Assembly: GCA_964415615.1 (NCBI GenBank)
Contig: CAYQAW010000002.1
Coordinates: forward strand, 1,897 to 65,896
Length of the DNA: 64,000 nt
DNA from: an uncultured Gammaproteobacteria bacterium
Lineage (GTDB): Bacteria > Patescibacteriota > Microgenomatia > Daviesbacterales > UBA10151
Direction: 5' to 3'
Made by a program: the position numbers and the translations under genes. Below the pieces are notes generated by a model that was given only the letters and a program-made list of their open reading frames with translations, was not told where the DNA came from and made no database searches. Of this stretch, positions 45,779 through 57,795 are shown in pieces (the stretch's first letter is position 1; the number at the start of each line of letters is the position of its first letter).

Positions 45779-46034
45779 ACTTCACCCAAGATTTAAAAAG
45801 TCTTACAAAGTTAGAATTTCCACCAATAAGAAATTAGTTATTCAGGTAGAAGCAAGAATGAATTTATTTAAAACTGATCCCAACAATCCCATTTTGAAGA
45901 ATCATCAATTAGTTGGTGCTAAAAGAAAATTATGCTCATTTTCAATTAGTGGTGATATGCGCATAATATATATGGCAGTAGACCGTGATGAAGTCATCTT
46001 TCTTGATATTGGGTCGCATAATCAAGTGTATTAA
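45768..46034 (+). CDS. Type II toxin RelE/YafQ-like; paralog of 17424..17681.
   Basis: Shared C-terminal pattern (VIFLDIGSHNQVY versus IFVAIGSHSKLYG). A context NHQLVGA versus NHSLRGG. Confidence 0.65.
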   Translation: MKIKLHPRFKKSYKVRISTNKKLVIQVEARMNLFKTDPNNPILKNHQLVGAKRKLCSFSISGDMRIIYMAVDRDEVIFLDIGSHNQVY

Positions 46035-46111
46035 TTAGGTTTTTTCTTCCTCATTTATACAATATCTAGTAGATTGACAAATGATCCTCTCTTTCATATT
46101 GTATAGGGGCA

Positions 46112-46639
46112 ATGAATTTGAAATTGACAGCAATCTTGATAGTCTTGGTTGGGGTATTATCAAGGCTTTTACCTCATAATCCAAATATAGTTCCTATTAC
46201 TGCTCTTTGCCTTTTTGGAGGCGCATATTTGCCTAAGAAGTTTGCCTTTTTACCACTTTTGGTGATGTTAATCAGTGATTATTTTATTGGCTTTTATGGT
46301 ACAGATATGTTCTATGTTTATGGCAGTTTTGCTTTAACTGGTTTAATTGGACTTTGGTTAAGAAAGAATAAATCAGCAAAGTTTGTTTTAGGGTCAGCCC
46401 TGCTTTCTTCTATTTTATTTTTCATTATTACCAACTTTGGAGTTTGGGCTCCACCAAATAATTGGTATCCACACACTCTAGATGGTTTGATCCAAAGCTA
46501 TACTATGGCTATTCCCTTTTTCAAAAATAGTTTAATTGGAGATGTAAGTTATTCAGTCCTTTTGTTTGGTGGATATGAACTGCTTCAAAGATTAGCAAAA
46601 AGACATCTTCCAGGAAAATTATTTAATATTACTTTCTGA
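46112..46639 (+). CDS. Polytopic membrane protein (5-6 TM), possibly an ECF-type substrate-capture component.
   Basis: Hydrophobicity only. Confidence 0.4.
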   Translation: MNLKLTAILIVLVGVLSRLLPHNPNIVPITALCLFGGAYLPKKFAFLPLLVMLISDYFIGFYGTDMFYVYGSFALTGLIGLWLRKNKSAKFVLGSALLSSILFFIITNFGVWAPPNNWYPHTLDGLIQSYTMAIPFFKNSLIGDVSYSVLLFGGYELLQRLAKRHLPGKLFNITF

Positions 46640-47110
46640 ATTTCTTTCAATAGGTATAAATTCAGGTGGGTTATCAGATATTACAGGTTTTTTGATCCAT
46701 GGGAATGGAAACATTTGTTTTCCGCAATCTTCTAATTGATACCAGTATTTATTCAGCCCATATTGATTAGTTATATTTAAGCTACTTTTTGGAATAAGAG
46801 GGGCACACAATTCATTAGTATAGGCATATACTTTAAGAAGATAAACAAATGCTAAGAAATAGCCAATAACTAAAGAGATTATTATTAACAAGCTCTTAAA
46901 GAAAAAATTTAATTTTCTTTTTTTTGAAGATACCAATGGTAGGTATTTATTTAAAATAATGTAAGTAGGTATTAAAGTAATTAAAGAAAAAAGAATAGGA
47001 AGTTCGAAATTATTTATTGCATAAGTGTATTCGAGTACCATAATTATTAAGAAAGCCAAGCTAATAGTAACAACAGAATATATTAATGATCTAGTTATAA
47101 ATACTGACAT
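46619..47110 (-). CDS. Membrane protein (4 TM) of unknown function.
   Basis: Hydrophobicity only. Confidence 0.35.
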   Translation of the reverse strand: MSVFITRSLIYSVVTISLAFLIIMVLEYTYAINNFELPILFSLITLIPTYIILNKYLPLVSSKKRKLNFFFKSLLIIISLVIGYFLAFVYLLKVYAYTNELCAPLIPKSSLNITNQYGLNKYWYQLEDCGKQMFPFPWIKKPVISDNPPEFIPIERNSESNIK

Positions 47111-47111
47111 A

Positions 47112-48461
47112 TTAATTTATAAATACTTTTTCGACTGCGCTGTTAAATTTCCTTCCCCTATCAAATTCATTTTGGAACAAATTAAAAGAGGTAGCTGCTG
47201 GAGAAAATAGTATCATATCTTCTGGTTGTGCTATTTGTCTTACATCTGTTAGAAGTTTTTCTAAGTTATTGTAAGTTCCTGCGATTTTGTCTGATAGCTG
47301 ATAGCTGATAGCTGATAGCTTTTTTTTTATTTCTTCTGTAGAATCTCCTTCTAGGAAAAAAACTTTTTTAACTGATTTGCTTATTTTCTTTGCATACTCT
47401 GTATAATCCATTCCTTTATTCATCCCCCCACAAATAAGAATAATATTTAGCTTCCCACTTCCGATGTGGGAACGTAAAGCTTTTATGGCTTGAAGTCCTG
47501 ATTCAGGAGAGGTAGCAGCAGTATCATTGTAGATTTTTACCCCATTCCACTCCTTGATAAGTTCCATTCTGAAAGGTATCCCTTTAAATTCAGAAAGAGA
47601 TTTGAGTAATAGGTCTGAATTAATATCAAAGATTTTTCCTAGATTATAGACTGCAGAAATATTTTCTAAATTATGTTCTCCCAAAAGATTAGGATGAAAA
47701 TCTGTTGGTAAATCATTTTTGGAATAGAAAATTATTTGAGCCTTGAAATCTTTTAGAAAATTAGATTGAGTAGTAATTGGGTCGTCTTTTTTTAAGAACA
47801 AAAAGTCTTCTTCTTTTTGATACTTCCCAATTACCTTTTTTGCTTGAATATATTCATCTATTGATTTGTAGTAATTGAGATGGTCTGGGGTAATATTTGT
47901 TATTACTGCCCAGTGGGGAGAAACTTTATGAGCATCAAAAGCTTCCAGTTGAAAAGAAGAAATTTCTAAAACCACTAAAGTATCATTATTAACAAAGGGA
48001 ATAGTATCTAAAACACTTTTGCCAATATTGCCAGCAAAGACTACCCTTCGACTTCGCTCAGGGCCTTCGGCTTTCAAAACTTCATAAATTAAAGAAGAGG
48101 TTGTTGATTTTCCTTTGGTTCCAGTTACTCCAATAATTTGAGATGGTAAAACAGATTGTAAGAATATACCCATATCTGTTTCAACTTTTTTGTTATTTTT
48201 CAGAGCATATTCAATATAAGAATTTCCTGGTTTTACTGCTGGGTTTTTAATAATTAAATCAGCCCAATTAATATCTTCATTTTTATGTTCTCCTAATGTA
48301 TAGGAAATATTTGGGAAATCTCTGAGTTGATCTAAAGAGGGTTGTAATGCTTCTTTGGTTTTTAAATCAGTAACTTTAACCTGGTCTCCTTTTTGGGCAA
48401 AGAATTTAGCAGAGCCCACCCCTCCTTCATTCAAGCCTAAACCAAAGATTAAAACGTTCAT
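47112..48461 (-). CDS. murD: UDP-N-acetylmuramoylalanine--D-glutamate ligase.
   Basis: MurD-type Rossmann N-terminus. ATP-binding context GVTGTKGKSTTSSLI. Contains an in-frame (CTGATAG)4 repeat encoding LSAISYQLS. Confidence 0.85.
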   Translation of the reverse strand: MNVLIFGLGLNEGGVGSAKFFAQKGDQVKVTDLKTKEALQPSLDQLRDFPNISYTLGEHKNEDINWADLIIKNPAVKPGNSYIEYALKNNKKVETDMGIFLQSVLPSQIIGVTGTKGKSTTSSLIYEVLKAEGPERSRRVVFAGNIGKSVLDTIPFVNNDTLVVLEISSFQLEAFDAHKVSPHWAVITNITPDHLNYYKSIDEYIQAKKVIGKYQKEEDFLFLKKDDPITTQSNFLKDFKAQIIFYSKNDLPTDFHPNLLGEHNLENISAVYNLGKIFDINSDLLLKSLSEFKGIPFRMELIKEWNGVKIYNDTAATSPESGLQAIKALRSHIGSGKLNIILICGGMNKGMDYTEYAKKISKSVKKVFFLEGDSTEEIKKKLSAISYQLSDKIAGTYNNLEKLLTDVRQIAQPEDMILFSPAATSFNLFQNEFDRGRKFNSAVEKVFIN

Positions 48462-48484
48462 AATATGCTATTATAGCCTCTTAT

Positions 48485-49288
48485 ATGAACAACAGTCCAA
48501 TTGGTATATTTGATTCTGGCATTGGCGGTTTAACAGTTACAAAAGAAATTGTTAATAAATTGCCTAATGAAAGTATTATCTATATTGGGGATACAGCCAG
48601 AGTTCCTTATGGAACAAGATCAAAAGAAATAATAACTAAATTTGCCAAACAGTTAACAAAATTTTTATTAAAAAGAAAAGTAAAATTTTTAGTAATAGCT
48701 TGTAATACCATCTCCTCAGTTGCTTTAGATGAAATTAAAAAAATTTCTCCTGTCCCTGTAATTGGAGTAATTATTCCTGCTGCAAAAAAAGCTACTACAG
48801 TAACAAAAAATAAAAAAATTGGGGTAATTGGAACACAGGGAACAATTAGCAGTAACGCTTATGAAGAGGAAATAAAAAAGATAGATCCTAGTATTAAAAT
48901 AGTTTCTAATGCTTGTCCCCTTTTTGTGCCTTTGGCTGAAGAAGGTTTAGGAGATCATCCAGCTGCTAAACTTTTGGCAAAAGACTATTTAGAAGAAATT
49001 GTGTCTACTGGAGTGGATACATTAATTTTAGGATGTACCCACTATCCCCTACTTTTAGAAACTATTTCAAATATAGTTGGACCAAAAGTAAATATTATTG
49101 ATTCAGCAATTCCAACAGCTCAACAATTACAAATTAATTTAGAAACAAATAACTTACTTTCAGATAAAAAGAAATCCACATTAGAATTTTATGTGACTGA
49201 TGTTCCAGATAGAGTTTATCACGTTGCAGGAAGATTTCTTGGCAAAAAACTTAAGAGACTAAAAAAAGTAAAATTAGGATCTGATTAG
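48485..49288 (+). CDS. murI: Glutamate racemase.
   Basis: A conserved context IGIFDSGIGGLTV. The second Cys motif context ILGCTHYP. Confidence 0.9.
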   Translation: MNNSPIGIFDSGIGGLTVTKEIVNKLPNESIIYIGDTARVPYGTRSKEIITKFAKQLTKFLLKRKVKFLVIACNTISSVALDEIKKISPVPVIGVIIPAAKKATTVTKNKKIGVIGTQGTISSNAYEEEIKKIDPSIKIVSNACPLFVPLAEEGLGDHPAAKLLAKDYLEEIVSTGVDTLILGCTHYPLLLETISNIVGPKVNIIDSAIPTAQQLQINLETNNLLSDKKKSTLEFYVTDVPDRVYHVAGRFLGKKLKRLKKVKLGSD

Positions 49289-50560
49289 TTTTTTAGCTAA
49301 TATATCTGTATCTCCAGCGCTCATAAAGAATACAGTATCTCCAGATTTTATATCGGGTTTTAATTTATCTAAAGTTTCTGAAGCAGAACCAATGTATGAA
49401 ACATTAGGTTTGTTGATTGTTTCAACTAGCTGTTTACTGGTAACTAGCCCTGTGTCTATTTCTCTTGAAGGGTAGATATCCATAATAAAAGTTTTATCTG
49501 CTGATACATTTTTTAAAACATCTACAAAATTATCAAATAAAGCCTTTGTTCGGGAGAACATGTGAGGCTGAAAAATTAATAATATTCTATTTTCTGGGAA
49601 TTTTTGTCTGGCAGCTTCTATTGTGACTTTAATTTCTGTTGGATGATGACCAAAGTCAGAATAGACTTGAGCGTTATTATAATTTCCAATATATTCAAAC
49701 CTCCTGCTTGCTCCTGTAAAATTTCCTAAACTTTGTTTTATTACATCTCCCTCAATTCCTAAAATTAAACCTACTTGCATTGCAGCTTTAGCATTTAATC
49801 TATTAAACTCCCCTGGAATTTTTAGTTCTATACTTAAGTCATTTTTTGAATAGTCTAGGTATGTAGCGCCAGAGTGTTTCATAGTATTTTTGGTAACTTC
49901 AGCAATACCTGGGTCAGTTAAATTAACAACAGCTGTTTGTTTAGTTTGCAGTAAAAATTTATAAAAGCTATTTTTAACTGCTTCGTAATCTTTAAAATAT
50001 TCTGGATGATCCATCTCTATATTGGTTACAACAGCAATATTAGGTTTAAGGCTTAAAAAATTATCATTAAATTCATCTGCTTCTATCACAAAATATTTAC
50101 TTTTTCCTATTCTAAAATTAGCTTTCCATCTGGGAATATTTGCTCCCAGTAAAGCAGTGGGGTCAGCTCCTGCATCTTCTAATAATTGGGCAATCATAGC
50201 TGTTGTAGTACTTTTTCCATGAGTGCCTGCTGTAGCAATAACAAATTTTTCTTTTACTAAATACTTTCCTAAAAACTGTTGCCAGGTTAAAATAGGAGCA
50301 CCTCTTTTTCTAGCTTCTAAGAGTTCTGGATTATTTGGATCAAGAGAGAAAATAGCAGGGGTCACAGCCAAGACATCCACGTTCCCACTTGTCAAGTGGG
50401 AAGCTGAATGTCCTTTCAAAAGTTGATTGGGTTTGAATTGGGTTGTAAATTCATTGTGGGGATTTAGGTCGCAGCCTGAAACTTCAAATCCTTGGGCTTG
50501 AGCAATGGCAGCAGCACCAGATGCTCCAGACCCCCCAATTCCCAAAAAATGTACTCTCAT
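49274..50560 (-). CDS. murC: UDP-N-acetylmuramate--L-alanine ligase.
   Basis: N-terminal context HFLGIGGSGASGAA. ATP-binding context GTHGKSTTTAMIAQLL. Confidence 0.85.
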   Translation of the reverse strand: MRVHFLGIGGSGASGAAAIAQAQGFEVSGCDLNPHNEFTTQFKPNQLLKGHSASHLTSGNVDVLAVTPAIFSLDPNNPELLEARKRGAPILTWQQFLGKYLVKEKFVIATAGTHGKSTTTAMIAQLLEDAGADPTALLGANIPRWKANFRIGKSKYFVIEADEFNDNFLSLKPNIAVVTNIEMDHPEYFKDYEAVKNSFYKFLLQTKQTAVVNLTDPGIAEVTKNTMKHSGATYLDYSKNDLSIELKIPGEFNRLNAKAAMQVGLILGIEGDVIKQSLGNFTGASRRFEYIGNYNNAQVYSDFGHHPTEIKVTIEAARQKFPENRILLIFQPHMFSRTKALFDNFVDVLKNVSADKTFIMDIYPSREIDTGLVTSKQLVETINKPNVSYIGSASETLDKLKPDIKSGDTVFFMSAGDTDILAKKLIRS

Positions 50561-50567
50561 AAAGAGA

Positions 50568-52511
<1,944 letters not shown>

Positions 52512-52519
52512 CTATCTTA

Positions 52520-53149
52520 TCATTTCTTAACAGGCATTACCAGCATTAAATATTCTAAAATGGCCCTCATATTTACATTTTGTTTTGCCCATTGCTCTGC
52601 CTGCAGAAGCTTACTAAGAAAATCCGCATTAGCTGGTAATTTTTTATGAAAAAAACTAGTTAAGGAATATAAAAAATCTTCTCTATCTTTTAATTTTTCT
52701 ACATATTCAAATCTTTGTTCAATTGTGGCCTCTAATAACTTTTTTATGTCTTCTTCATGACTTTTCACTTTTAACTTTTCACTTTTAACTTTAATAATCT
52801 GGCATCTTGATAAAATAGTTGGTAGAAGTCTGGTGTCTGAATTGCTGCACATAATAAAAACAGCTTCTCTTGGTAGTTCCTCTAGGGTTTTTAGAAGGGC
52901 ATTTTGAGCTTCCGGGGTTAAATTCCCTGCTTCCTCTATAATTACTATCCTGCCTTTTGCAGAATAGGGTTTTAAGGAAAAATGGTCTATTATTTTCCTG
53001 GCTTCTGCAATTCCTAGTTTACTGTCTTGTTCGAAGTATAAAACATCAGGATGGTTTACATTCCCACTTCCGATGTGGGAAGCTAATAACTTTTTTGTCT
53101 CCTCTACCCTCTTGTTAATATTTGTAGAAATATAGAGCCTTGCAATCAC
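52520..53149 (-). CDS. Short DNA polymerase III delta-prime-like (HolB-type) clamp-loader subunit.
   Basis: A conserved context GRIVIIEEAGNLTPEAQNALLKTLEE. Sensor-1 context TILSRCQII. The N-terminal P-loop region is short or absent. Contains an in-frame (AAAGTTAAAAGTGAA)-type repeat encoding KLKVKSEKLKVKS. Confidence 0.55.
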   Translation of the reverse strand: MIARLYISTNINKRVEETKKLLASHIGSGNVNHPDVLYFEQDSKLGIAEARKIIDHFSLKPYSAKGRIVIIEEAGNLTPEAQNALLKTLEELPREAVFIMCSNSDTRLLPTILSRCQIIKVKSEKLKVKSHEEDIKKLLEATIEQRFEYVEKLKDREDFLYSLTSFFHKKLPANADFLSKLLQAEQWAKQNVNMRAILEYLMLVMPVKK

Positions 53150-53174
53150 AGCGCAATTTTAACATAATGAGTAT

Positions 53175-54866
53175 ATGCCCACTTCAAATAGCACTCTTGA
53201 AGAAATTCTTTTCAATCAAGGCCTGATTACTTCTGATCAGCTTTCAGCAATAAAACTGGAAAGTATTAATTCTGGTCAACCTATTGAGAAAATCATTATT
53301 GCTCATAATTTAGTCCCAAGCGAAAAAATGATCCAAGCTAAAGCTCAGATTATTAATGTACCATTTATTAAACTTGAAGACAAAGCAATTGCAGCAGATG
53401 TACTAAATTTAATTCCAGAACCAGCGGCCCGCCGTTATCATATAATTCCATTTGATGAAAAAGAAGGAGAACTTTGGGTGGCAATGGCAGATCCTTTGGA
53501 TTTTCAGATTATCCAGTTTGTTGAAAAAAGGGCAGGACTTAGGGTTAAACCATTTCTGGCCCCAGGGCAAGATATTTTAAAAGCAATTTCTGATCAATAT
53601 TCTCAAAATTTAACCACGGATGTAACTTCAGCACTAAAAGAAGTTGAATCTGTTAAGCCTGAAGAAGAGGCGCAGGCTGGTCCAGAAATTTTACGCGAGG
53701 CGCCTGTTTCCAACATCATAAACCAGCTTTTAGAATATGCCATCAAATCCAGGGCGTCTGATATTCATATTGAGCCCCAGGATGATAGGACACGTGTTAG
53801 ATATAGAATTGATGGAATTTTACAGGAAAAAGTATTGCTTCCAAAAGGTGTGCATGATGCGCTTGTATCCAGAATTAAAATTCTCTCTGTTTTAAAGATT
53901 GATGAAAAACGTCTGCCTCAGGATGGCAGGTTCAGCTTTACCTACGGGCAAAATACTGTAGATATTAGGGTTTCGACAGTGCCTACTGTTTTTGGAGAAA
54001 AAGTGGTTTTAAGATTGTTGCCTAAATCATCAGGCGCGCCGTCACTGCTGGAATTGGGTTTAAGAGGGACTTCCCTTAAAAGTTTGGAAAGCCAGCTTTT
54101 GCGACCTCATGGAATTATTTTAATATGCGGTCCAACAGGTAGTGGTAAAACTACTACCCTGTACTCAGTTTTAAGTAAAATTTCCACCACAAAAGTTAAT
54201 ATTGTTACCATTGAAGATCCTGTGGAATATCAAATCTCAGGAGTTAATCAGGTTCAGGCTAATACTCAAATCGGTTTGACTTTTGCATCGGCTCTCCGGA
54301 GTTTTTTAAGGCAGGATCCGAATATTATTATGGTAGGTGAAATCAGAGATTCTGAGACTGCTGATTTAGCAATCCAGGCAGCTTTGACTGGGCACCAGGT
54401 TTTTTCTACGGTTCATACAAATTCAGCTGCCGGTGCTCCGCCCAGACTTTTGGATATGGGTGTTGAGCCATTCCTGTTAACTTCTGCTTTAAATGTGGTG
54501 GTTGGACAACGTGTTGTGCGTAAAATTTGTTCTTCCTGCAAAATAGAATTAGGTGTGCCACCTGAAGTGGTAGAGAATATTAAACTTGTTTTAGGCAAAT
54601 TTTTACCTGCATCTTCTTTGAAACTATTTAAAGGAAAAGGCTGCCAGAAATGCGCTGAGACAGGTTATTTAGGAAGGGTTGGTATTTTTGAAGTACTTGT
54701 TATTTCTGAAAAAATAGCTAAGTTAATTCTAGAGCATGCATCTTCCGGCAAGATTGAAGAAGAAGCTGTTTCAGAGGGAATGATTACCATGAAGCAGGAT
54801 GGATATTTAAAGGTTTTAGAAGGTGTGACTACGATGGAAGAAGTGCTGAGAGTAGCGCAGGATTAA
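53175..54866 (+). CDS. pilB: Type IV pilus assembly ATPase PilB (GspE family).
   Basis: N-terminal GspE_N-like domain. Walker A context LICGPTGSGKTTTLY. Tetracysteine motif CSSCK...CQKC. Confidence 0.85.
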   Translation: MPTSNSTLEEILFNQGLITSDQLSAIKLESINSGQPIEKIIIAHNLVPSEKMIQAKAQIINVPFIKLEDKAIAADVLNLIPEPAARRYHIIPFDEKEGELWVAMADPLDFQIIQFVEKRAGLRVKPFLAPGQDILKAISDQYSQNLTTDVTSALKEVESVKPEEEAQAGPEILREAPVSNIINQLLEYAIKSRASDIHIEPQDDRTRVRYRIDGILQEKVLLPKGVHDALVSRIKILSVLKIDEKRLPQDGRFSFTYGQNTVDIRVSTVPTVFGEKVVLRLLPKSSGAPSLLELGLRGTSLKSLESQLLRPHGIILICGPTGSGKTTTLYSVLSKISTTKVNIVTIEDPVEYQISGVNQVQANTQIGLTFASALRSFLRQDPNIIMVGEIRDSETADLAIQAALTGHQVFSTVHTNSAAGAPPRLLDMGVEPFLLTSALNVVVGQRVVRKICSSCKIELGVPPEVVENIKLVLGKFLPASSLKLFKGKGCQKCAETGYLGRVGIFEVLVISEKIAKLILEHASSGKIEEEAVSEGMITMKQDGYLKVLEGVTTMEEVLRVAQD

Positions 54867-54870
54867 TATT

Positions 54871-55923
54871 ATGAATATTACTCAACTTTTAGATTTGACT
54901 GTACAAAAAAATGCTTCAGATTTACATCTGGTTGTAGGGTTTTCTCCTACCATCCGCATCCATGGAGATTTAATACCGGTAACTGGAGAAGAGATTTTAA
55001 CTGAACAACAAATAGAAGCAGTTATTAAAGAGATTACCAATGCTTACCAATTAAACAAATTTAATACTACCTGGGAGTTGGATTTTTCTTTTGATTTTTT
55101 GGGTAAAGCCAGGTTTAGAGGAAATCTATATAAACAAAAAGGTACACCAGCAGCAGATTTTAGGTTAATTCCAAACAAGATTCCTTTGCTGGATGATCTG
55201 GGATTACCACCTGTTTTAAAAAGACTGACAACTTTGCGCCAGGGTTTTATTTTAATTACTGGGCCTACAGGTCATGGTAAGTCTACTACCTTGGCTTCGT
55301 TGATTAACGGGATCAATATTAACCGCGCGGTGAATATTTTAACTATTGAAGATCCTATTGAATATGGTTATCCAAAAGGTAAATCATTAATTTCTCAACG
55401 TGAGCTGGAAAATGACACCCATTCCTGGTCAGCTTCTATGCGGGCTGCGTTGCGTGAAGATCCGGATGTGGTTTTAGTGGGAGAGATGAGAGATTTAGAG
55501 ACCATTTCTTCCGCTATTACAATTGCGGAAACTGGACATTTAGTTTTTGCCACATTGCATACTAATTCTGCAGCGCAAAGTATTGATAGAATTATTGATG
55601 TGTTTCCCCAAAGTCAGCAGCCTCAGATTCGATTGCAACTGGCTGCAACTCTGGAAGCTGTTATATCTCAACGGCTGGTGCCAACTATGATTCCAGGCAG
55701 AATAGCTGTTGCTGAAATATTATTGGTAACGCCAGCAGTGAGGAATATCATCAGAGAGGCTAAAACATATTTAATAGATAATACAATTGAGACATCCAGC
55801 GAATTAGGTATGCAGATTTTTGAAAAATCTTTGGCAGATGCTGTAAAGGCAGGAAAAATTTCTCAGGATATAGCACTAAAGTTTGCTTTAAGACCAGAGT
55901 TGCTAAGTAAACTACTAAGGTAA
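54871..55923 (+). CDS. pilT: Twitching-motility retraction ATPase PilT.
   Basis: Walker A context ILITGPTGHGKSTT. PilT-specific context GHLVFATLHTNSAAQSIDRI. Confidence 0.85.
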   Translation: MNITQLLDLTVQKNASDLHLVVGFSPTIRIHGDLIPVTGEEILTEQQIEAVIKEITNAYQLNKFNTTWELDFSFDFLGKARFRGNLYKQKGTPAADFRLIPNKIPLLDDLGLPPVLKRLTTLRQGFILITGPTGHGKSTTLASLINGININRAVNILTIEDPIEYGYPKGKSLISQRELENDTHSWSASMRAALREDPDVVLVGEMRDLETISSAITIAETGHLVFATLHTNSAAQSIDRIIDVFPQSQQPQIRLQLAATLEAVISQRLVPTMIPGRIAVAEILLVTPAVRNIIREAKTYLIDNTIETSSELGMQIFEKSLADAVKAGKISQDIALKFALRPELLSKLLR

Positions 55924-57125
55924 TGGCTGAATTCCTATACAAGGCTAAGGATTTGCAAGGAAATGATCATAATGGCAGCGTGGAGTCTCCTGATGCTCAT
56001 TCTGCAGTGGCGGTGATACGTAAAAAAAACCTGATTGTGATTTCTTTGACTCCTAAAAATTCCGGGACAAACAATTTTTTGGATAGGTTTTTAAATAAGG
56101 TCAGCTTTTCGGATTTAGTTATTATCACGAGACAGCTGGCAACAATGATTTCAAGTGGTCTGGTTTTGTCAGAAGCCATAGATATTTTGGAAGAGCAACA
56201 AACAAATAAGATCCTAAAAAATGCTTTAGCAGATATTTCCCAGGATGTTAAAGGAGGACTGACTTTAGCGCAGGCCTTGGGTCAGTACCCGCACATTTTC
56301 CCGCATCTTTATGTAAATTTGGTTAAAAGTGGTGAAACTTCAGGTAAGCTCGACAATGTGCTTTTGCAAATGGCTGATGGATTGGAAAAAGATAGGGAAT
56401 TTCAGTCAAAAATTAGAGGCGCAATGATTTACCCTGTCTTGGTTTTATCGATGATGGTTGTTGTCATGATAATAATGATGGTTTTTGTTATCCCCAAGCT
56501 GGTAAATTTATATACCCAATCAACCATAGAACTGCCATTGCCAACAAAAATATTGATCGGCACATCTACCCTGTTTACAAATTACTGGTGGGTTTTAGTA
56601 ATTATTACAGTAGGAGCTATTGTTGGGATAAACCGCTGGAAAAAAACACCTGAAGGTAATCTCTTTTTGGGTAAATTGATTTTAAGAATTCCCATTGTCG
56701 GAAAAATTGTAACTAATGTAACCTTAACTAATTTTAACCGTACTTTTGGGCTTTTAACATCTGCAGGTATCCCTTTACTTGAGTCAATTGGTATTGTTTC
56801 TGATCTGACAGATAATCCTGTTTTTAAAATCGCGCTTAAAGACGCTTACAATGGAGTTGAAAAGGGTTTGCCATTTTCATCACTTCTTTCTGCAACAGTT
56901 TTTCCTAAAATTGTCAGCCAGATGATTAAAGTAGGTGAGGAAACAGGCAAGGTAGATGAAATATTTTTAAAGCTGGCTGATTTTTTTGAATCAGAATCTG
57001 ATCACCTGGTAAAAAATTTGACAGTGGCAATTGAACCAATAGTATTGGTTATTTTAGGAATAGGAGTTGCTTTCTTAGTAATCTCTATAATTTTACCTAT
57101 ATACAAGTTGACAACTAGTTTTTAA
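55923..57125 (+). CDS. pilC: Type IV pilus inner-membrane platform protein PilC (GspF family).
   Basis: Two GspF repeats with three TM helices. 400 aa. Confidence 0.85.
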   Translation: MAEFLYKAKDLQGNDHNGSVESPDAHSAVAVIRKKNLIVISLTPKNSGTNNFLDRFLNKVSFSDLVIITRQLATMISSGLVLSEAIDILEEQQTNKILKNALADISQDVKGGLTLAQALGQYPHIFPHLYVNLVKSGETSGKLDNVLLQMADGLEKDREFQSKIRGAMIYPVLVLSMMVVVMIIMMVFVIPKLVNLYTQSTIELPLPTKILIGTSTLFTNYWWVLVIITVGAIVGINRWKKTPEGNLFLGKLILRIPIVGKIVTNVTLTNFNRTFGLLTSAGIPLLESIGIVSDLTDNPVFKIALKDAYNGVEKGLPFSSLLSATVFPKIVSQMIKVGEETGKVDEIFLKLADFFESESDHLVKNLTVAIEPIVLVILGIGVAFLVISIILPIYKLTTSF

Positions 57126-57149
57126 TGTGTCTACAATAGTTCAAAGGGG

Positions 57150-57722
57150 GTGAGAAAATTGAAAAAATCTGCTCAATCCCGATTTAATCGGGATCAAGTT
57201 CATAAAGGTTTTACCTTAGTTGAACTTTTGGTTGTTATTGCAATTATTGCCATTTTGGCAGCAGTTGTAGTCCTGATAATTAATCCATTAGAACTCACCC
57301 GTAGAGGTAGGGATGCAGCAAGACTTAGTGATCTTGCAAATTTGCAGCAAGCTATTAATGTAGCTGTTCAAGAAGCAACTGCTTCTTCTGTTGCTATATT
57401 GTGTAATTCTGACAGCGCAACATCATGCAATGGTTCAAGTAATGTTGGTTCCCGTTCCTCAGATGGTACAGGCTGGGTGAAAGTTAATCTATCTGCTCAG
57501 AAGAGTGTTTCTGTGCCAACTTTACCTGTTGATCCACTCAATAATGCAGCAAATCACTATACTTATTGTTCAGATGGTGATGCCTGGGAAATTAATACTG
57601 CTTTGGAATCAACCCAGCAATCTGGCAAGATGTTAACAGATGGTGGAGAAGATGACGCTGTTTACGAGGTTGGTTCTAAGTTGAGTCTTATTAAATCGTC
57701 TGGGGGGACTTGTACATATTAA
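57150..57722 (+). CDS. Prepilin-type pilin (N-terminal cleavage/methylation domain).
   Basis: A context KGFTLVELLVVIAIIAILAAV (G/FTLxE class III signal). C-terminal Cys pair. Confidence 0.75.
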   Translation: MRKLKKSAQSRFNRDQVHKGFTLVELLVVIAIIAILAAVVVLIINPLELTRRGRDAARLSDLANLQQAINVAVQEATASSVAILCNSDSATSCNGSSNVGSRSSDGTGWVKVNLSAQKSVSVPTLPVDPLNNAANHYTYCSDGDAWEINTALESTQQSGKMLTDGGEDDAVYEVGSKLSLIKSSGGTCTY

Positions 57723-57795
57723 AGTAGTCGTCAGTCGTCAGCTCTCAGCTGTCAGACTTATTATATAATTGTCTGAAGACTGATGGCTGATAGCT
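57722..57795. repeat. Second copy of the heptamer-built hairpin element: left arm AGTCGTCAGTCGTCAGCTCTCAGCTGTCAGAC, loop TTATTATATAATT, right arm GTCTGAAGACTGATGGCTGATAGCT.
   Basis: Same architecture as 23355-23423. Located between the pilin gene and pilD. Confidence 0.5.
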